A DNA stretch of 64,000 nucleotides from Styela clava (lineage: Eukaryota). The translations under genes were made by a program, and so were the position numbers. Positions 1-14,440 of this stretch are shown here, in pieces. The notes beneath the pieces are model-generated. The model was not told the DNA's origin and made no database searches. It saw nothing but the letters and a program-made list of their open reading frames with translations. Numbering within the stretch: the stretch's first letter is position 1; each line of letters begins with the position of its first letter. Location: positions 21,638,001-21,702,000 of the forward strand of contig NC_135252.1 of assembly GCF_964204865.1 (NCBI RefSeq), written 5' to 3'.

Positions 1-270
1 AACTCAACACTATTTTCAACACAATAGATTGTCATTTTTTTCTTATGTAAATACATGTACGTCAACGGTGCGATATTGCACTTCTTAAAGTAAATAAACA
101 ACGACATTTCTTAGCGGGATATACTGAGGCAAACAAAAAGGTATAACTAACTATCGATGCCAATGTCAATAGCAGGCAAAGTAACGAAGTCGTGGCGAAT
201 ATACCTGGCGCCGTTTATTCAGCTTTGTGGGTAAAGAAAGATAAACAATAATAATAGAGTTGACGCTTGA

Positions 271-473
271 GGTGACCGTACATTTGAACCCATGTACATT
301 TGAACCCATGCGTATATCCACGGGTTCAATCTATATGCGGGTGCTAAAACCCATGGGTTAGGGTGAGTATGGGTTTAACTATCCGTGAAACAAAAAAAAT
401 TCCATAGGTGCAATAGCATACAGGTGCAATTGTCATGGGTTCAAATGTACGTGGGTTCAAATGTAATGGAACC
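271..473. mobile_element. MITE with repeated TACATTTGAACCCA subterminal units and 9-bp TSD (Mutator- or Merlin-like)
   Basis: TIRs of about 40 bp; perfect TSD gacgcttga at 262-270 and 474-482; second copy at 50535-50718. Confidence 0.85.
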
Positions 474-710
474 GACGCTTGATATACATGTCCTAGGCCT
501 TTGTGCAAAATAACGAATAACAATCAAAAACAAATAAAAAACAGTAAAATTCCACTATTCCCACCCCACTAACATAATACATCATCCTGTCTGTAACCAC
601 TATTGTAAACAGAACCCAGGTCGTTTTGAAAATATTTTAGGAAAAACACATCTTTTGTGCTAATCGTCATAGATTACTGAATATTTTAGATACAAACATA
701 CAGAAACAGA

Positions 711-936
711 GGCGCTCCAGAAGTATGTGTGCCAATATGGAGGTAACAAGTTTTGTTCGCCTATTTGCTATTTTGTATTAAGTTGTGTGAAGGGACTGAA
801 ACCTATGGGCAGGGGTATATTCACTTGGCTAACACGGGCAGTCCCCGAACTCGTAATAGAACCAAAACAAAGAAAATCGGAATAAAATTATGGCCTAATG
901 CTACCCTGGTACTGCTGCACATACTACGGGAGTATC
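711..936 (+). mobile_element. MITE family B (~215 bp; GGCGCTCCAGAAGT ... ACTACGGGAGTACC)
   Basis: Seven copies in the window share the sequence end to end. Confidence 0.85.
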
Positions 937-3900
937 CTTTCTTTGGAGAAGTAAGCTTCGGTCACCCTGAAGTACAAGCCTCGTTGTGAACAAGGTCATA
1001 TCATGTCAATTCAGCTGTACCAGTTCATTGCAACGTGCTGCGCCGAGTTACGTTATGCGCGATCTCACGTATATTTGCGCAAGATAACGTTGCAGCAGGT
1101 AAGCAAACAATCGTTAACGATGTAATAAGTCTGCGGAAATGTAAACAAAAAGGAATGCAAGTAGAGCTAGAGGTCGATAGTTGAGCAAATAAGCTGAATT
1201 GAGTCCGATAAGATTTAGCTTATGTGCTGATGAACGCTAATGTAATCTATTTGTCAATTATTGAAAGCTACTTGAGTATGGTAATCTATAATGATGCGTT
1301 ATCGAGTGGTCTTGCATCTCACTTTCAATTTTCAGTGTCAATTTTGTTCTGCAACTTTTCCTCTGATCTGAGTCAGAATTTTTCAGTAACGTTGGGGACT
1401 TTTAAAAAAAAAGAATCGATGGAAGTGGGATGCAAAACGTTTGATGTTGCTTTCAACCTTATCGTTTATCTTATCCTGCTGAATTTTCAGTCAATTTGAA
1501 CAAGTCTGGTATCAATTACTCTCTATTTTACAGCATACTTAAGCGCACTCGCACTGATAAACTAAAACCAGTGCTCTGACATCAACGGCCTCGAACGAGA
1601 TGTCTGATAGATTGCACTTGCTGGGCGAATCAGTCCTCGAAACCAATCATTTAAATCCCACATTGGGAAGCATAAGCATAATCAAAATCCTTTCTTCGGT
1701 TGAACACTTGTCTAATTCTGGTACCCTTCTAATTTTATTTATTCAAAACAATAAAAAGTCGGCTTAGCAACCTCAAACGAATACACATTTATTCAATATA
1801 AATCAGCGCTTTTGAAGAAGATTGAGCTATTCAGACGAATTCGTCATAATTTGATTTGCTTTGTGTGGTAATAAAGGCGGTTTGGTGGGAGTCGTCCACA
1901 AGTGAATAATAAAATACATTCCTTGAATACCAAGGTGCCGTAGTCATTGAATAAGAAGCACATAGACTAAACGAAATGTACCAAAAGTTTTATAAAAAAA
2001 ATACTAAAAAACATGCTCGAGTTAGTTGCGATTTAAAAAATGCGATTTTAATAATTATTTGCCCAAAATTGATTGCAAAACAAAATAATTTAGCCACAGG
2101 GGAACATTATAATTATCAGGTACGCGCCATTACAAAACATGCGATAAATATACTAATATTTGCGCGTTCACAACTTAAACAGCTCAGACAAATTAAAAAA
2201 ATAAACAACGCGTAGCTAAAAACGAACAAATGCTATCAAGGAAAAGTCTAATATACAGTCCATATTGAATACCGAAATAAAACAATTGTTGAATTACATT
2301 GCAATGCCACTTTACCTAACACATTATTCAGCAGTGTAGTATCAAATCTAGTAAATTAAATTGATTATCGTCGGTTTCCTATTTCACATTGTTACAAAAC
2401 AAAGAGTGTTTTCTTTCAAATCAGACAATGAAAAATGTATCTGTTTTATTTGAAAGTGAAATAATAGATTTTAATTTCGACGAATAAAGTTAATTTTGTT
2501 TACGAAGTGTTGTGTATTGAATTTATTATGTCTGGACAGCATAAATCGGAGAAAAAACAGGCGTTTTGAAAGGAAAATTGACAATAAAATTCTGCCAATT
2601 AAAGTTGTTGTCTAAGTGTTGAAATCGAAGGTTAATTAAATATTTTGAGTTCAACGTCCATGCATACCACACCAGAGTTTAATAAATTCGATAGGCAATG
2701 ACAAATAAAAAATATTTCGGGATATTTTGTCTATAAAAAATTATTATTAATTCATGTTAGTCTGAGGAAGTCTGCCGACTTTGTTCAGGCGAAACGCTAT
2801 CGAAATATATATCTACAGAAAAGACTCTTGAATCATTTAAAATAGTTGCTTACGCTCCTTTCTTGCATTAAAGGCATAGTGGGTTAGTGCCCCAACAGCA
2901 CAAAAACGCACCCTAGTGTGGAACAAGAGTATTGTATCAATTAGAAGACACCATTGCTCCATCCTTGAATTATATGCATAGGGTCCCACCAGTACTCCAT
3001 CGTATCCTGAGTATAAGTAGATAGCACCACAAAAGACAAACAATCTCGATTTTCTAAATTTGTAAATCCGAACTTTTCGAGTTCTGATTCCAACTAAATT
3101 ATTTTTTGCAAACTTCAGCGTTTTAGCCAGATTCCATGGTACAAACTAAACATTTTAATCCAAGTATTTTCAATAACAGATGCAAAATCCTACAAAAAAC
3201 AAATATCAAAGCCTAGTTTGTCTACACTAAGATTGGCACCTTGACGTATATATATATATATTTATTCGCTGCAGGCAATATAAAAACCAACGAATTTGTG
3301 TACTAAAATTATATATCCGGCCTTTGACTCTTTATGTAAGATCTCATAGCAGGATAAAAATAATACATATATGCATTCTTTTAATTTAAATTAAAGTGTA
3401 AAATTAAAATCCTTGCTCAATATAACTTCCTTGCATTTTCAAAACTAAAATGTACATTGATTGTTGATGCCACAATTTAGAATTCATTTCATATTCTTAT
3501 TTGGAACTACCATTTAAGAATGGTATTGGTACCAGTAAATTTTACCATCCTTGTTAAGCACATGCGGTGCGACGAATAGGGCGATATAAGTTAGGTTCAA
3601 TGACTACAAAATTGCCTTATATTTCTGAGTTTTGTCACAGCAAAACCTCGAGACGATAATAATAATTGTTTTCGCACGAATATCATGTGACGATCATATC
3701 TGATGATGTGTTTATTGTTCATAAAAGTTTGTGGTAACGTCTTTTGACAAAAGAATAAAAGCTTTGTTCGCTTGTGTCTACAGACATTTTTATAAGTTGT
3801 TCCACGCCTTCTTTCTGAACAAAACTCAAATCAAGCAAATATTTATAAGTAATGAGATACTTCTACTAACTAATGACAGCTGCTGGGACGCCTGACTTGT

Positions 3901-3989
3901 TTGGGGCATAAATGTGGGCGCGCTAATTAAAGTCGTAAAGGATTTTTGCAAGTTTATCTGTATTGAGTACAGCGCAGCCTGAATATATA

Positions 3990-4279
3990 TAGAGTGTTCA
4001 TAAAGTCTTAAAATTTTTCCAAATTGCAAAGGGAATTTATCGATACCCTATATTGTTTTGACCCTCACAGACGTATTAAATGAAGTAAAACTACCGAACA
4101 ATTACTGATTAAAAAACAACAAACCTGGTTAAGATTTATCGAGAACTGACATCATAACAAAATTGAAATTGTAAACTTGAACAATTACTGATTTAAAAAA
4201 CAACAAACCTGGTTAAGATATATTGAGCACTGACTTTATAACAAAATTGAAATTGTAAAGGGACCTCATGGACACCTTG
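3990..4279 (+). mobile_element. Tc1/mariner-type MITE copy with an internal ~83-bp tandem duplication
   Basis: Reverse complement of 36515-36723; duplicated unit starts at 4097 and 4180. Confidence 0.8.
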
Positions 4280-6867
4280 TAGAATTCGCGAAACACATTC
4301 ACAAACTAGATAAAACATTATAGGTAATAAAAAACATAAGTAAGTATAGCCCAGGTCTCTGTACGTAAACCCTCGAATACGCTAACGACATTGCGAACAC
4401 CACAGACTCTCAAAAATGAACGTACATCGACAACTTAGAGCTAAAATGAAACAATGATTCAAAAATGCATTACACATAATACAAACGTAATTGCGCGTAC
4501 ATCTCACGCTTTTTGGCGAAGATAAATACGATGAACGACCTTTATATTGCACGATTATTTGAGAAATAAGCAATCATCAATCATCGTGTGCATTTCAAGA
4601 AATGATATAAAATATTCAACTTTATTCTATGAAATAATGTCTCAAAATAACACCTATATGTCTAACTATATGTCTAAATAACTCAGTATTAAAGATTTTT
4701 TTTTTAATATTTTACAACTACATTGCATGCATTCATCGAGTGTCACAAATCCCTATTTACACCCTTTATCCAAAGATATGATACTTAGTATATATAACAC
4801 TTGATTATATCGTTTACTTAGATATGTGCAACAAATTTCTATTCGTATTGTGTTTTGTACGTCCCGCACTAAGCTCTCAAGTTTTGATCAACTAATTCAT
4901 CGCATACAATCTGGTTTTGTAGCAATTTGAGAATTCGACCTGCCCTATTCCAACAATTAAAGAATTTTTTTCCCTGCTACACAGCGACGTAGTCATGGGG
5001 TTGTGGCGGAGGATTAAGAATCCACCCCTTTTACCTTCCGCTACAAAAAAAAACTAATACCATTATTTCAGGGCTAATTTCTACACGATCTATTTCCGAG
5101 AAAACGTCATCCATGTAACGCTAATAAATCTCGATGCCCACAAAGTATATTAAAATGAATATTGTGAACAAGTAAACAGAAAACTCGCTAAAGAACACGT
5201 ATTTGCTATTAAGCTTTGCTCAAATCATATAGTGGTTTCCTGGGCGAACTTAATTTAGGAAAAAGATTAAACATTGTAGAACAACATTATTAAGTCTTTC
5301 AACATATTAATAAAGTTGTCATATGAAAATAATTTAGAGGTAACGCTTCATGTAAATGAAACCCGCCCAAATAAACAAGGCTTCATAAAAACATGGTACC
5401 AAAGCGCACGTACTCATATCACTCGACCCAACAGCTATTCTGTTCAGTTTTGGAAAAAGTGGGAAATATTAAATTTCTGTCGTTATAGATTTGATATTCT
5501 CAGATAGACGAAAAAATGGACTTTTTTTCCAAGTACCGACAAAATTCTAGGGACTTACCGAAATCTCACTGTTTTTAGCAGCAATGCTATACATAGAGAC
5601 GCGGTATACATAAAACGACAGCTTAAACACACTTGAAAAAAAAACAAGACAGTTTACAAAAACTAGACTAACTCTGATCTAAAATAACGACACCGCCAAT
5701 ATTAGTTTATGAAAAAGCCAGCATAAACTTTGTATATTGACCTGTATATTAAATCATATACTTTCGAAGGTAAAAATACCTTCTTGGTTTATATTGAAAT
5801 AAGTGTTTCCCTGGACGTTTTAACATTAAATTCAACTTCAATTCGGTATTTTCAAAACCCTTCGGCAAATGAGGCTGCAAGTAAACAAACTTGGATCCCG
5901 GAATTCAACTTTTTTCTGTCAAGTGGACGAATTCCCAAACGAAGCGGCATTTTAATTTAGTTGAAATAGGACTGTTGTCGTATATGACTAACTGCTATGA
6001 CGCAAACTGTGGCATTAGGAATCTTATAAAATGTCTATGATCGTATTTAAACCTATGTGGCAAAACAAAAACAATATACTTAATTAGTTTTGTAGCAAAT
6101 TTATGGCTACTTTCTTCCGCAAATATGTAATAACTACAAAATGTCATGCGGAAAATATTTGCGAGAAATCGCGTTTGGTAAAAGAATTGACACCAAAAAA
6201 AGTTCGCGCGATCCATAAACTTAATGATCCCAAACACCAAATTTTCAAACATAATATAGTTCAAACAGCCCGTAGCGCAGAGCATGAAAAACTAAATTTT
6301 TAGAGTGTAAATATAAATATTTCACGCCCAACTTCGAAAAAAAGATACCGACGCCGCATTGTTTACCCAAAAGCGAAATAAAAAACCATTTAATCAACAT
6401 TTGGCAAACGTAGGCCCGAAATATGATTGAAATTCATTCATATAAATGCATTTATTAGCTGCAAAATACATTTATATAACACGTCAAGGCGAAAAACTAA
6501 TTTGCATTCTTTTAATGAACATATAGAGATATGATTGAAATTGTTTTGTTTAAATGCCTCTATTGGACAGCAAAAGATATTTATAACGCCCTAAAAGCAA
6601 CGAATATTTGCATTTTTTTTTAAATTAAAAATATACAATAAATGCACGCAAACGTTCAATGAAAAATAGCGTTGAATTTATCACAAGTGTGTTTGATCTA
6701 TGTCGAAACTACCCGTGAATGTTCCACGTCATTTTCTTGGTATTGACAAAGAATAACGTGTTCGTGTCAGTATATATAAAGGTAACGTAGAATGTCCATC
6801 GTTGCAAATTGATCTATTTTTAGAACTTATAAAACTTTTTGCCATTGCATAAATGCATCATTTCGTG

Positions 6868-7475
6868 AAATTTGTTCTCGTGGAAATAACATTGAATATG
6901 TGGTAATTTGGAATGAAAAAATATTGCACGAATTAGGTAAAAAAAATGCTTCTATAAAAATGGTAAAACCACCCTATATATCCTTAAAGCTGTTTTCCTG
7001 GAAATACATTGAATATTTGGTAATTTGGAATGAAAAATTATTGCACGCAAGGGAAAAAGGGCCGAAGAAAATGCTGCCGTAAAAATGGTAAAACCACCTG
7101 GTATAACCTGAAGTTGGGCTAATGCTTGCTAATCCATTCTATTCCCAAATTCACATAGATATGACTATCCTTCAATTTTGGCGAGTTCTTACGATCTTGG
7201 TTGGAGCAAATTCTCAAATTTACAATTACTCTTAAAACTGAGTGAGAGCGCACAAACTTGCTTTGCGTAAAAGTTGAGCCGTCTTCACGTCTGAATGAGT
7301 ATAAATGTTACCTTGCTCTGACTAATTTTTCAAATTTACAATTCCTCAATTATAAGTGAGAGCGCACGAACTCAGAGTTGAGCCTCCTTTACGTCTGAGT
7401 GAGTACAAGTCACCTTGCTCTGATCAAATTCTCAAATTTACAAACTTTCTCAATTATGAGTGAGAGCGCGCGACC
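6868..7475 (+). repeat. Two adjacent degenerate tandem repeats (2 x ~120 bp at 6868-7098; ~2.5 x ~110 bp at 7207-7475)
   Basis: Repeated tggtaatttggaatgaaaaa...atggtaaaaccacc and ttctcaaatttacaa...gtgagagcgc. Confidence 0.75.
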
Positions 7476-9334
7476 GTGCTTCCCGCCAATTCGTAACCAA
7501 ACTACTCCATCGAAGACGGTACAAACTACACTGCCAGTCTACAAAGAATTGCTCGAGCGAATACACACAACGTCTAGGATTAAATTGGCCAGTTCCGCTC
7601 ATCGCGTGTCGTCTGATGTAAACAATGGATTGGAATGTTTATTCCTGTGTCAGACTGATTGATAACAGAGCAATGAAAAAGCCAATGTCAAATTAAATAA
7701 CGAGTATATCAAAAATAGAATCTATCGTGGTTCATTTGGCTTCAATGGACTCGACAAAATAAACAATTCCGGTCGAATATTGATTATTATTGATATATAA
7801 AAATAATTGGTTAATTAAAGCAAAAAAGTTTATGAAGCCGACTGTATCACACCGTGTTACATATTACTAAGGAAGGACCTCCTACCAGCAGCATATTGTG
7901 TTGGTTCTGCTCAGCGCACGAAATAACGAAACTCGGAATGGATTTCTTATATATATTGTATTCAATATTATTACTAATTCTTTATTTCAGTTCAGATTCG
8001 CTCCATTCAAAACATTCAAAGTTTGGACCTTCATTTTGATCTTGAAAGCGCATAAATGATTACGCAAATTACCCTCTTCTTGCCCGCGAATATTCTACCG
8101 CTTCCAATTTTTGCCAACAACCAAAGTCAACATCCTAAAGCAACCTGGATCGAATCCAATTAAAACATTACATGAAAGCGGGACCTTCGATTGCGGTTAG
8201 TACAATAGTTTATTCATCCAATGCCAACGATAACACTGGCTTAGACTATTCTATTTGTTTTGAACATCCCTACACAACTGCCTTCTAACTAACAGATCCA
8301 TGCTGCTCTTATTCGTTAAAGCACCCACAACGCTGCAGTCCCTACTATAATAAAATATCCTTATTTCTGAGACAAATTTAATAAAATTATTAAAACCCAC
8401 TGTGACGTAATAACAACCAAAAATAAGTTTCAATATTTCAAAATTTGACATTTGGGTGAAAACGAAACATCTTCCCAATTGAATATAACATATGTGCGGG
8501 ACGGGAAACGTAAAATCTATTCTTGTCCGAGTATTGTTTGAGAGTAAGCGAAGCGAAGAGCGTCGCTCAATATCAAGGTAGAGATAGTTTTGATTGTAAA
8601 TAAAACCTATTGTGCGCTTTTGTGTACGAAATAGGAACGCGGGTTCCAAATTTGGGATATTTTAAAAATCGGTTGGTTGGGCGGAGATAGTCATTAAAAA
8701 TTTTATCTCGACCATTTTAAAAGAAATAAAAAAAAATAACCTTGAACTCGAGCTTAATAATTGGAATATTGGTTGTTAAGAATATTGCAATTCCGAAGTT
8801 ACACTTTGAAAAATTTAAAATTTTGTCTTATTCTAAATGCATAGACTTGAAACGAATACAACTTACAATAAAAATACATGTTTAATCTTTCCCGTTATTT
8901 CGCGCCACAATTTTTTTGAGCTGATTATTTTGATTCTATTCCTATGAGGTTAAGGTTAGGCCATTACATCACACTCTTAACTTATTCCTACAGCATCGAA
9001 TTAAACACATCAGACAGTGGTGGGTAATATAAGGACCCAGGCTTAGATTTAGGCTATCACCAATGTGCAATTTCGACTATATATCAGAAAACATATATTC
9101 TTACAAAAACCACCAATTGACGCAGAAGACAATTTCATTTAATTAAAATAAACGTAAATAATAGACGAATATCTTTAAATTACTGAATTATTCATTATGT
9201 TTATCCCAGTATCAAGAACTCATTTGACGCTATAAATTGGTCTGAAAAACGACGATGACAATTTGAAATAAATGCTAGAAAGTATTCCGTAGCCTCTTTT
9301 CCGTTGAATTCTAGCCACATTTATAACCATTTTT

Positions 9335-9548
9335 GGCGATCCATAAGTGTATGTACCAATTTGAAAGTAACTAATTTTGTACACCTACTTTACATCAAGT
9401 TGTATAAAGGGACTGAAACCTATGGGCAGGGGATATATTCACTTCGCTAACACAGAGGGTCCCCGAACTCGTACTAGAACTAAAATAAGGAAAATCGGAA
9501 TAAAATTATTGCCTGACCCTCACCTGGTACACATACTACGGGAGTACC
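9335..9548 (+). mobile_element. MITE family B copy
   Basis: Colinear with 711-936. Confidence 0.85.
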
Positions 9549-11034
9549 CAAGTTCCTATATAAATCATCACATTTCATTGGCAGGATACATCTTACAAAG
9601 GTGATCTAAAAATCAAACCCGCGGTATATGACAGCTCAATAACTATCTATGAATAAAGCCATTCAAAGGGTGATAAGGGCTGTGTATCAAACCCTATCTC
9701 TAGTCCTCCCATCTATATCGCAGTCCAATATCGCTTTCTGAACCCAGTCTGAATTTTGAACAGGTTACTAATATAGTTCATTAAATTTTCCAGTAAAAAA
9801 AATCGAAACCTACCAAACATTCTAAATTATTGTCAACGTATCTACAGGTACACAGAAAGCTCCATACCAACTGAAATACCCAATATGTCTGCTTAGGTAC
9901 TTATATCGCATAACCAAAGGGAAATTTTTGGCATCAATGCTTCGGGATTTCACCGACGATGCTACCGGCGAAAGCACTGGTAAGAGTGTACACAGCAAGG
10001 CCTCATCTTGAATTGTTCAAACAAATTTACTGACGCGATAGATAAGTTATAGATTTTTAAATTCGAAATGAGCATTTAAAGTGAATTAAGAATAAAATAT
10101 AGAAAGCGAAACGAATCTATAGAACGTCGTTTTTCGTTTTATTTCGTGACTAATTGGAATACAATGAAAGACAAAAGAAACAACGAAACTTCTTACTTGA
10201 AAATTTCCACGTCGTCAAATGCACTCGCGTGGATTAGTTCGATATGTTTTATTGATTTATATCTTAGACAGTTTCTATAACGTCTAACGTGACTGGGTAT
10301 GTCCATTAGCTGGTCCTGCTACCTACTTGAGTTCAATTTTTAGTCTAACTCGTACTAAAGCGAAAACTAAAATTATGTTACTTAACAAGCCATATCCATT
10401 CTTGAACAGATATTTTTACCTAGTAGGACGTCTAGTCTATTGAGTCACCCAAAAATGTTCAACACTCTTCGAATTCCATGATTTTTGACATCTATATTCC
10501 CACCCTAAAGCCCTAAATGTATCTAATTCTTTATTTCTGCTAATGACGATCTGTTCCCGATGCTATTATTCAAAATATCTGATATGTAAACGCATATATG
10601 GCGCCTGAGGTAGAAAATATAATCCTTGCGACAGAGAAATTCTAAGATATAACAATTATAAAAAAGTCATTACCAATTCTAATTAAGCAATAACACGGGT
10701 AATTTGATAATTATAAAACTGGATTCGCTAAATATATTTGAAATGCACGTACGTAAGGATTTAAGGGAATTTTTATTCTTTCCCAAATATGAGAGTACTA
10801 AGAATAATGTCAGCTTTTACGTATTAAAAAAGCAACAAAAAAATTAAACGTGGCAGAATTTCCAATAGGTTAAAATGACCTTTGGAATTCTGCCATTCAA
10901 ACGTGATAATTGATTATTATTGAATGTCAGACTCAGTGAAATACGTGCACGTTGTGCAATGATACGTGATACCATATTACTGAATTTGCTGTCAAAAAAT
11001 TCAACCTGCTATTATACGGCCGAGCTCTATGAAT

Positions 11035-11270
11035 GGGGCTCCCGAAGTATGCGAACCAAGATGGCGGACATCGGAATGTAATATGTGTACTAGGTTAGGG
11101 TTAGGCCATAATTTTAGGTATGAATACTACGGGAGGCTCTTGGCTAGTCTTCGAACTGATAATAGGACTAAAAGAAGGAAAATTGGAAAAAAATTATCGC
11201 CTAACCCTAACCTGTTACCCATGTTACGTTCCGATGTCCGCCATCTTGGTTCGCATACTTCGGGAGCACC
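11035..11270 (+). mobile_element. MITE family A (236 bp, ~80-bp TIRs containing TTAGGGTTAGG)
   Basis: Long TIRs; TSD ctatgaat/ctatgaag; near-identical inverted copy at 23698-23933. Confidence 0.9.
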
Positions 11271-11857
11271 CTATGAAGAGACTTATTAATAGCAATTGGG
11301 GCCCACATATCTCTTCTTATTCCCAACCTGCTGTCTATATCACAGGCTGATAGTTCTATGCAACGGAGATTATTCAAATAAAAATTGGGCGCCAAGTTAA
11401 CATCTATATTCCTATAACAGATACTCTCCTGATATAGCACCAAGATGGAGAATTCGACTTTAACGATATCCATTATCTATCGAATGTTCGCACATTGCAT
11501 ATTTTTTTTTCAACAGATTATGTCAATTTGGAATCTGTTACCCATGTTACGTTCCGATGTCCGCCATCTTGGTTCGCATACTTCGGGAGCACCCTATGAA
11601 GAGACTTATTAATAGCAATTGGGGCCCACATATCTCTTCTTATTCCCAACCTGCTGTCTATATCACAGGCTGATAGTTCTATGCAACGGAGATTATTCAA
11701 ATAAAAATTGGGCGCCAAGTTAACATCTATATTCCTATAACAGATACTCTCCTGATATAGCACCAAGATGGAGAATTCGACTTTAACGATATCCATTATC
11801 TATCGAATGTTCGCACATTGCATATTTTTTTTTCAACAGATTATGTCAATTTGGAAT
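11212..11857 (+). repeat. Tandem duplication, 2 x 323 bp, apparently identical
   Basis: 11212-11534 equals 11535-11857 by inspection; matching ORF translations are offset by 323. Confidence 0.95.
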
Positions 11858-14124
11858 ATTCGCAAATGAATACAAAGCAAAAATATTGAAGACCACACTT
11901 CGTAGATATAAATACCTCTTAGTTAGTCCTATTCTCACTCTTCAAAGCATAATCAAAGACTCGTTATTCGGCAGCGTACAACGGAATTATTAATCCTAAT
12001 AGAATGACAAAACAGCTAAAAGGGCAAAAGTCCACGCATATAGGCATATTCGTCAGTTGTTTTTCTGACTTTTTGTACGTCATTTCGTAACTCGCATATT
12101 CGTGGTTTCCACGTTTCCTGGCCTCCAGCGACATAACTCATAAAATAATTCGAATGACATCGCCCACTGAAAACCTCAAATATTCTGGAGAATTCCTGAC
12201 CACTTCTGTCCAATGTCAATGGAGATGGTAATACAAAAAGGTCACAATCGAAATATTGGGTTTGAAATAGAATATCCAAAGTAAAATAGCTGACATCCAA
12301 TGAGTTGATGCTTCATGCTTCAAAAACTGATAAGAATCTCATACCATTCCGGATTTCATAGCGCCATAACTATAACTCAAAATGATAAGTTATATTAAAT
12401 ACATTATAAAAGGTATTAATTATTAATATTATAAAAGTTAAAATTAAACATTATATCATATCAAGAAAAGTGTTGGAGCGATAACGGGGCACAACGATAT
12501 CTCATATCTATCAAACCGTGCCAATTTTTCAGTTCCCACACGTTCAACGAATAACATATGGAATTTAATGTATATTCAATGAATTTTATTTGAAAATGTA
12601 TTTAAGTTAGGATAAACAGTATTTGGTAGATTTTTGATTATACTATATGAGACTTCAATTGCTTGAATAATAATTTTATAAATGAAACTATTCTACAACT
12701 GGCTAGTGACTACCTAGAATACGTTCCCTAAATTTGTATAAACAATCCATTAACCGTGCGGGCTACTAATTTACTAACATAAACTATCACTTCAACCTTG
12801 ATAATATTCTGTTACAAGTCAAGTTTTGTTCATACTGCAAGATTTGAATTTCTCGAAATAACAATTTACACATAAACTATCTACAAAATAGCATCAGACT
12901 GACTATTACCTACTTGAAAATAATCTTCAAAATTTTCTCTAAACCGTCCATATAACGAGAGGGATACTAACTTACTAACATAAACTATCGCTTTACCGTT
13001 AACCGTTAATAATCTGTTATAAATCTAAATGATTTGCCGACTACAAAAGAACCCATGGGAAATAAACCCCACACCTGGGATTAAAGGGAGATCGGTGACT
13101 AAACCGGGGTAATCATCACCCACAATATCCGCTCTCACAGCATGATTACTCGAGCGCGCAAAACTCAAAACAAAAACTCCGGGTTAGGTAATTTGTTACG
13201 CAATGCATCGAAACTGAACGTTTCTCACAAAAATGGATTTCGTAACAAAAAATGAAATCATCTTTGTAGGTCAGGAATTACTGAATTCTATTTTCCGATG
13301 TTAGGACGACGATTAACTGTGCATGTGAATATGATTAGAACTTCGGTTAGCCAGAATAGGCTACGGTAATTGCTGGTGCATTTACTATTTTTTTGGGCAA
13401 AATTTTCAAAAATGGGGCAATAAATCGGGCAATGAATATACAAACACTGCAACAGATCGAAGTTATTCGTCACTCCAAGAAACGGAAAGAGTACAGTAAC
13501 AACGATTCTAGAAGTTAACAATTTCCAATTCCATAGATCTGTAATACAATAGCGTAATGAAACCTGATATACAGTTAGGAATAGGATGGGTACAGTCATG
13601 GTCCAAATCGTAATTTGAATTGCCTATTCTGTATCGGAATAAGGATAGATATGTGGTCCTAGTTGCAATTTTATTGGTTTACGCTACTCAGGGAATATTG
13701 GTATGCCATATAGCAGGTTAGGAATACGCATGTAACTATTGTCCCAATTATCATTTGAATGACACCCTCAGTAAATTTATTGGACTTTCATAACGACGAC
13801 ATGTTGAAAATGAGGACGGATATATAACCAACCAATCGCTAAAGACGACGCCTATTGCGCGCACTGACATTATCATATGTCGCACGAAATACAATTTATC
13901 CCTCTTTGCACTTGAACTATACGTAACCTCAGCATATAAGCGTAGTCAAAACACTCGATGTCAATTAACTTTAACAACGGCAAACAAACCCGGTACTAAA
14001 TATTGACTGCGCATTCTTCACTAACTTGAGCGATTTGGTATTGAATAAACACAACGGTGATGCAATACCTTATCAACAATATTTATAATCTATATACACT
14101 TCGTATGCGTGGGAGATTGCTATT

Positions 14125-14440
14125 TGATTACATTCGTATAGGCTTTCTTCTCCTCGTGGGGAGTCTACTACGTCATCTTGATTGCGACAAGCATAACACC
14201 TGTATATAAAGTCCTGCTTTTACATTCGTATCAGCTTTCCTCTCCTCTTGGGTAATCTACTACGTTGAATTAATTGCGCCCAGAACAACTTCTGCATATA
14301 TAAACCTGCTTTTACATTCGTATCGGCTTTCCTTTCCTTGTGGGGAGTCTACAACGTGGTCTTCCCTAAATTGCACCATGCATAATTCATGCATATATAA
14401 TATAGCTTTTATAGTTATATCGGCTTTCCTCTCCGCAAAA
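14125..14440 (+). repeat. Degenerate tandem array, 3-4 units of ~92-95 bp
   Basis: Recurring ttacattcgtatc(g/a)gctttcc...gagtctac. Confidence 0.75.

Noticed and set aside
11094-11106. TTAGGG motifs as interstitial telomere
   Set aside because: Only 1.5-2 units, always inside MITE arms.
11029-11796. ORFs at 753, 9377, 11029-11796, 23451-23990, 44996, 50988, 57013 and 58138
   Set aside because: They are chance translations of MITE/Helentron copies or of the tandem duplication.
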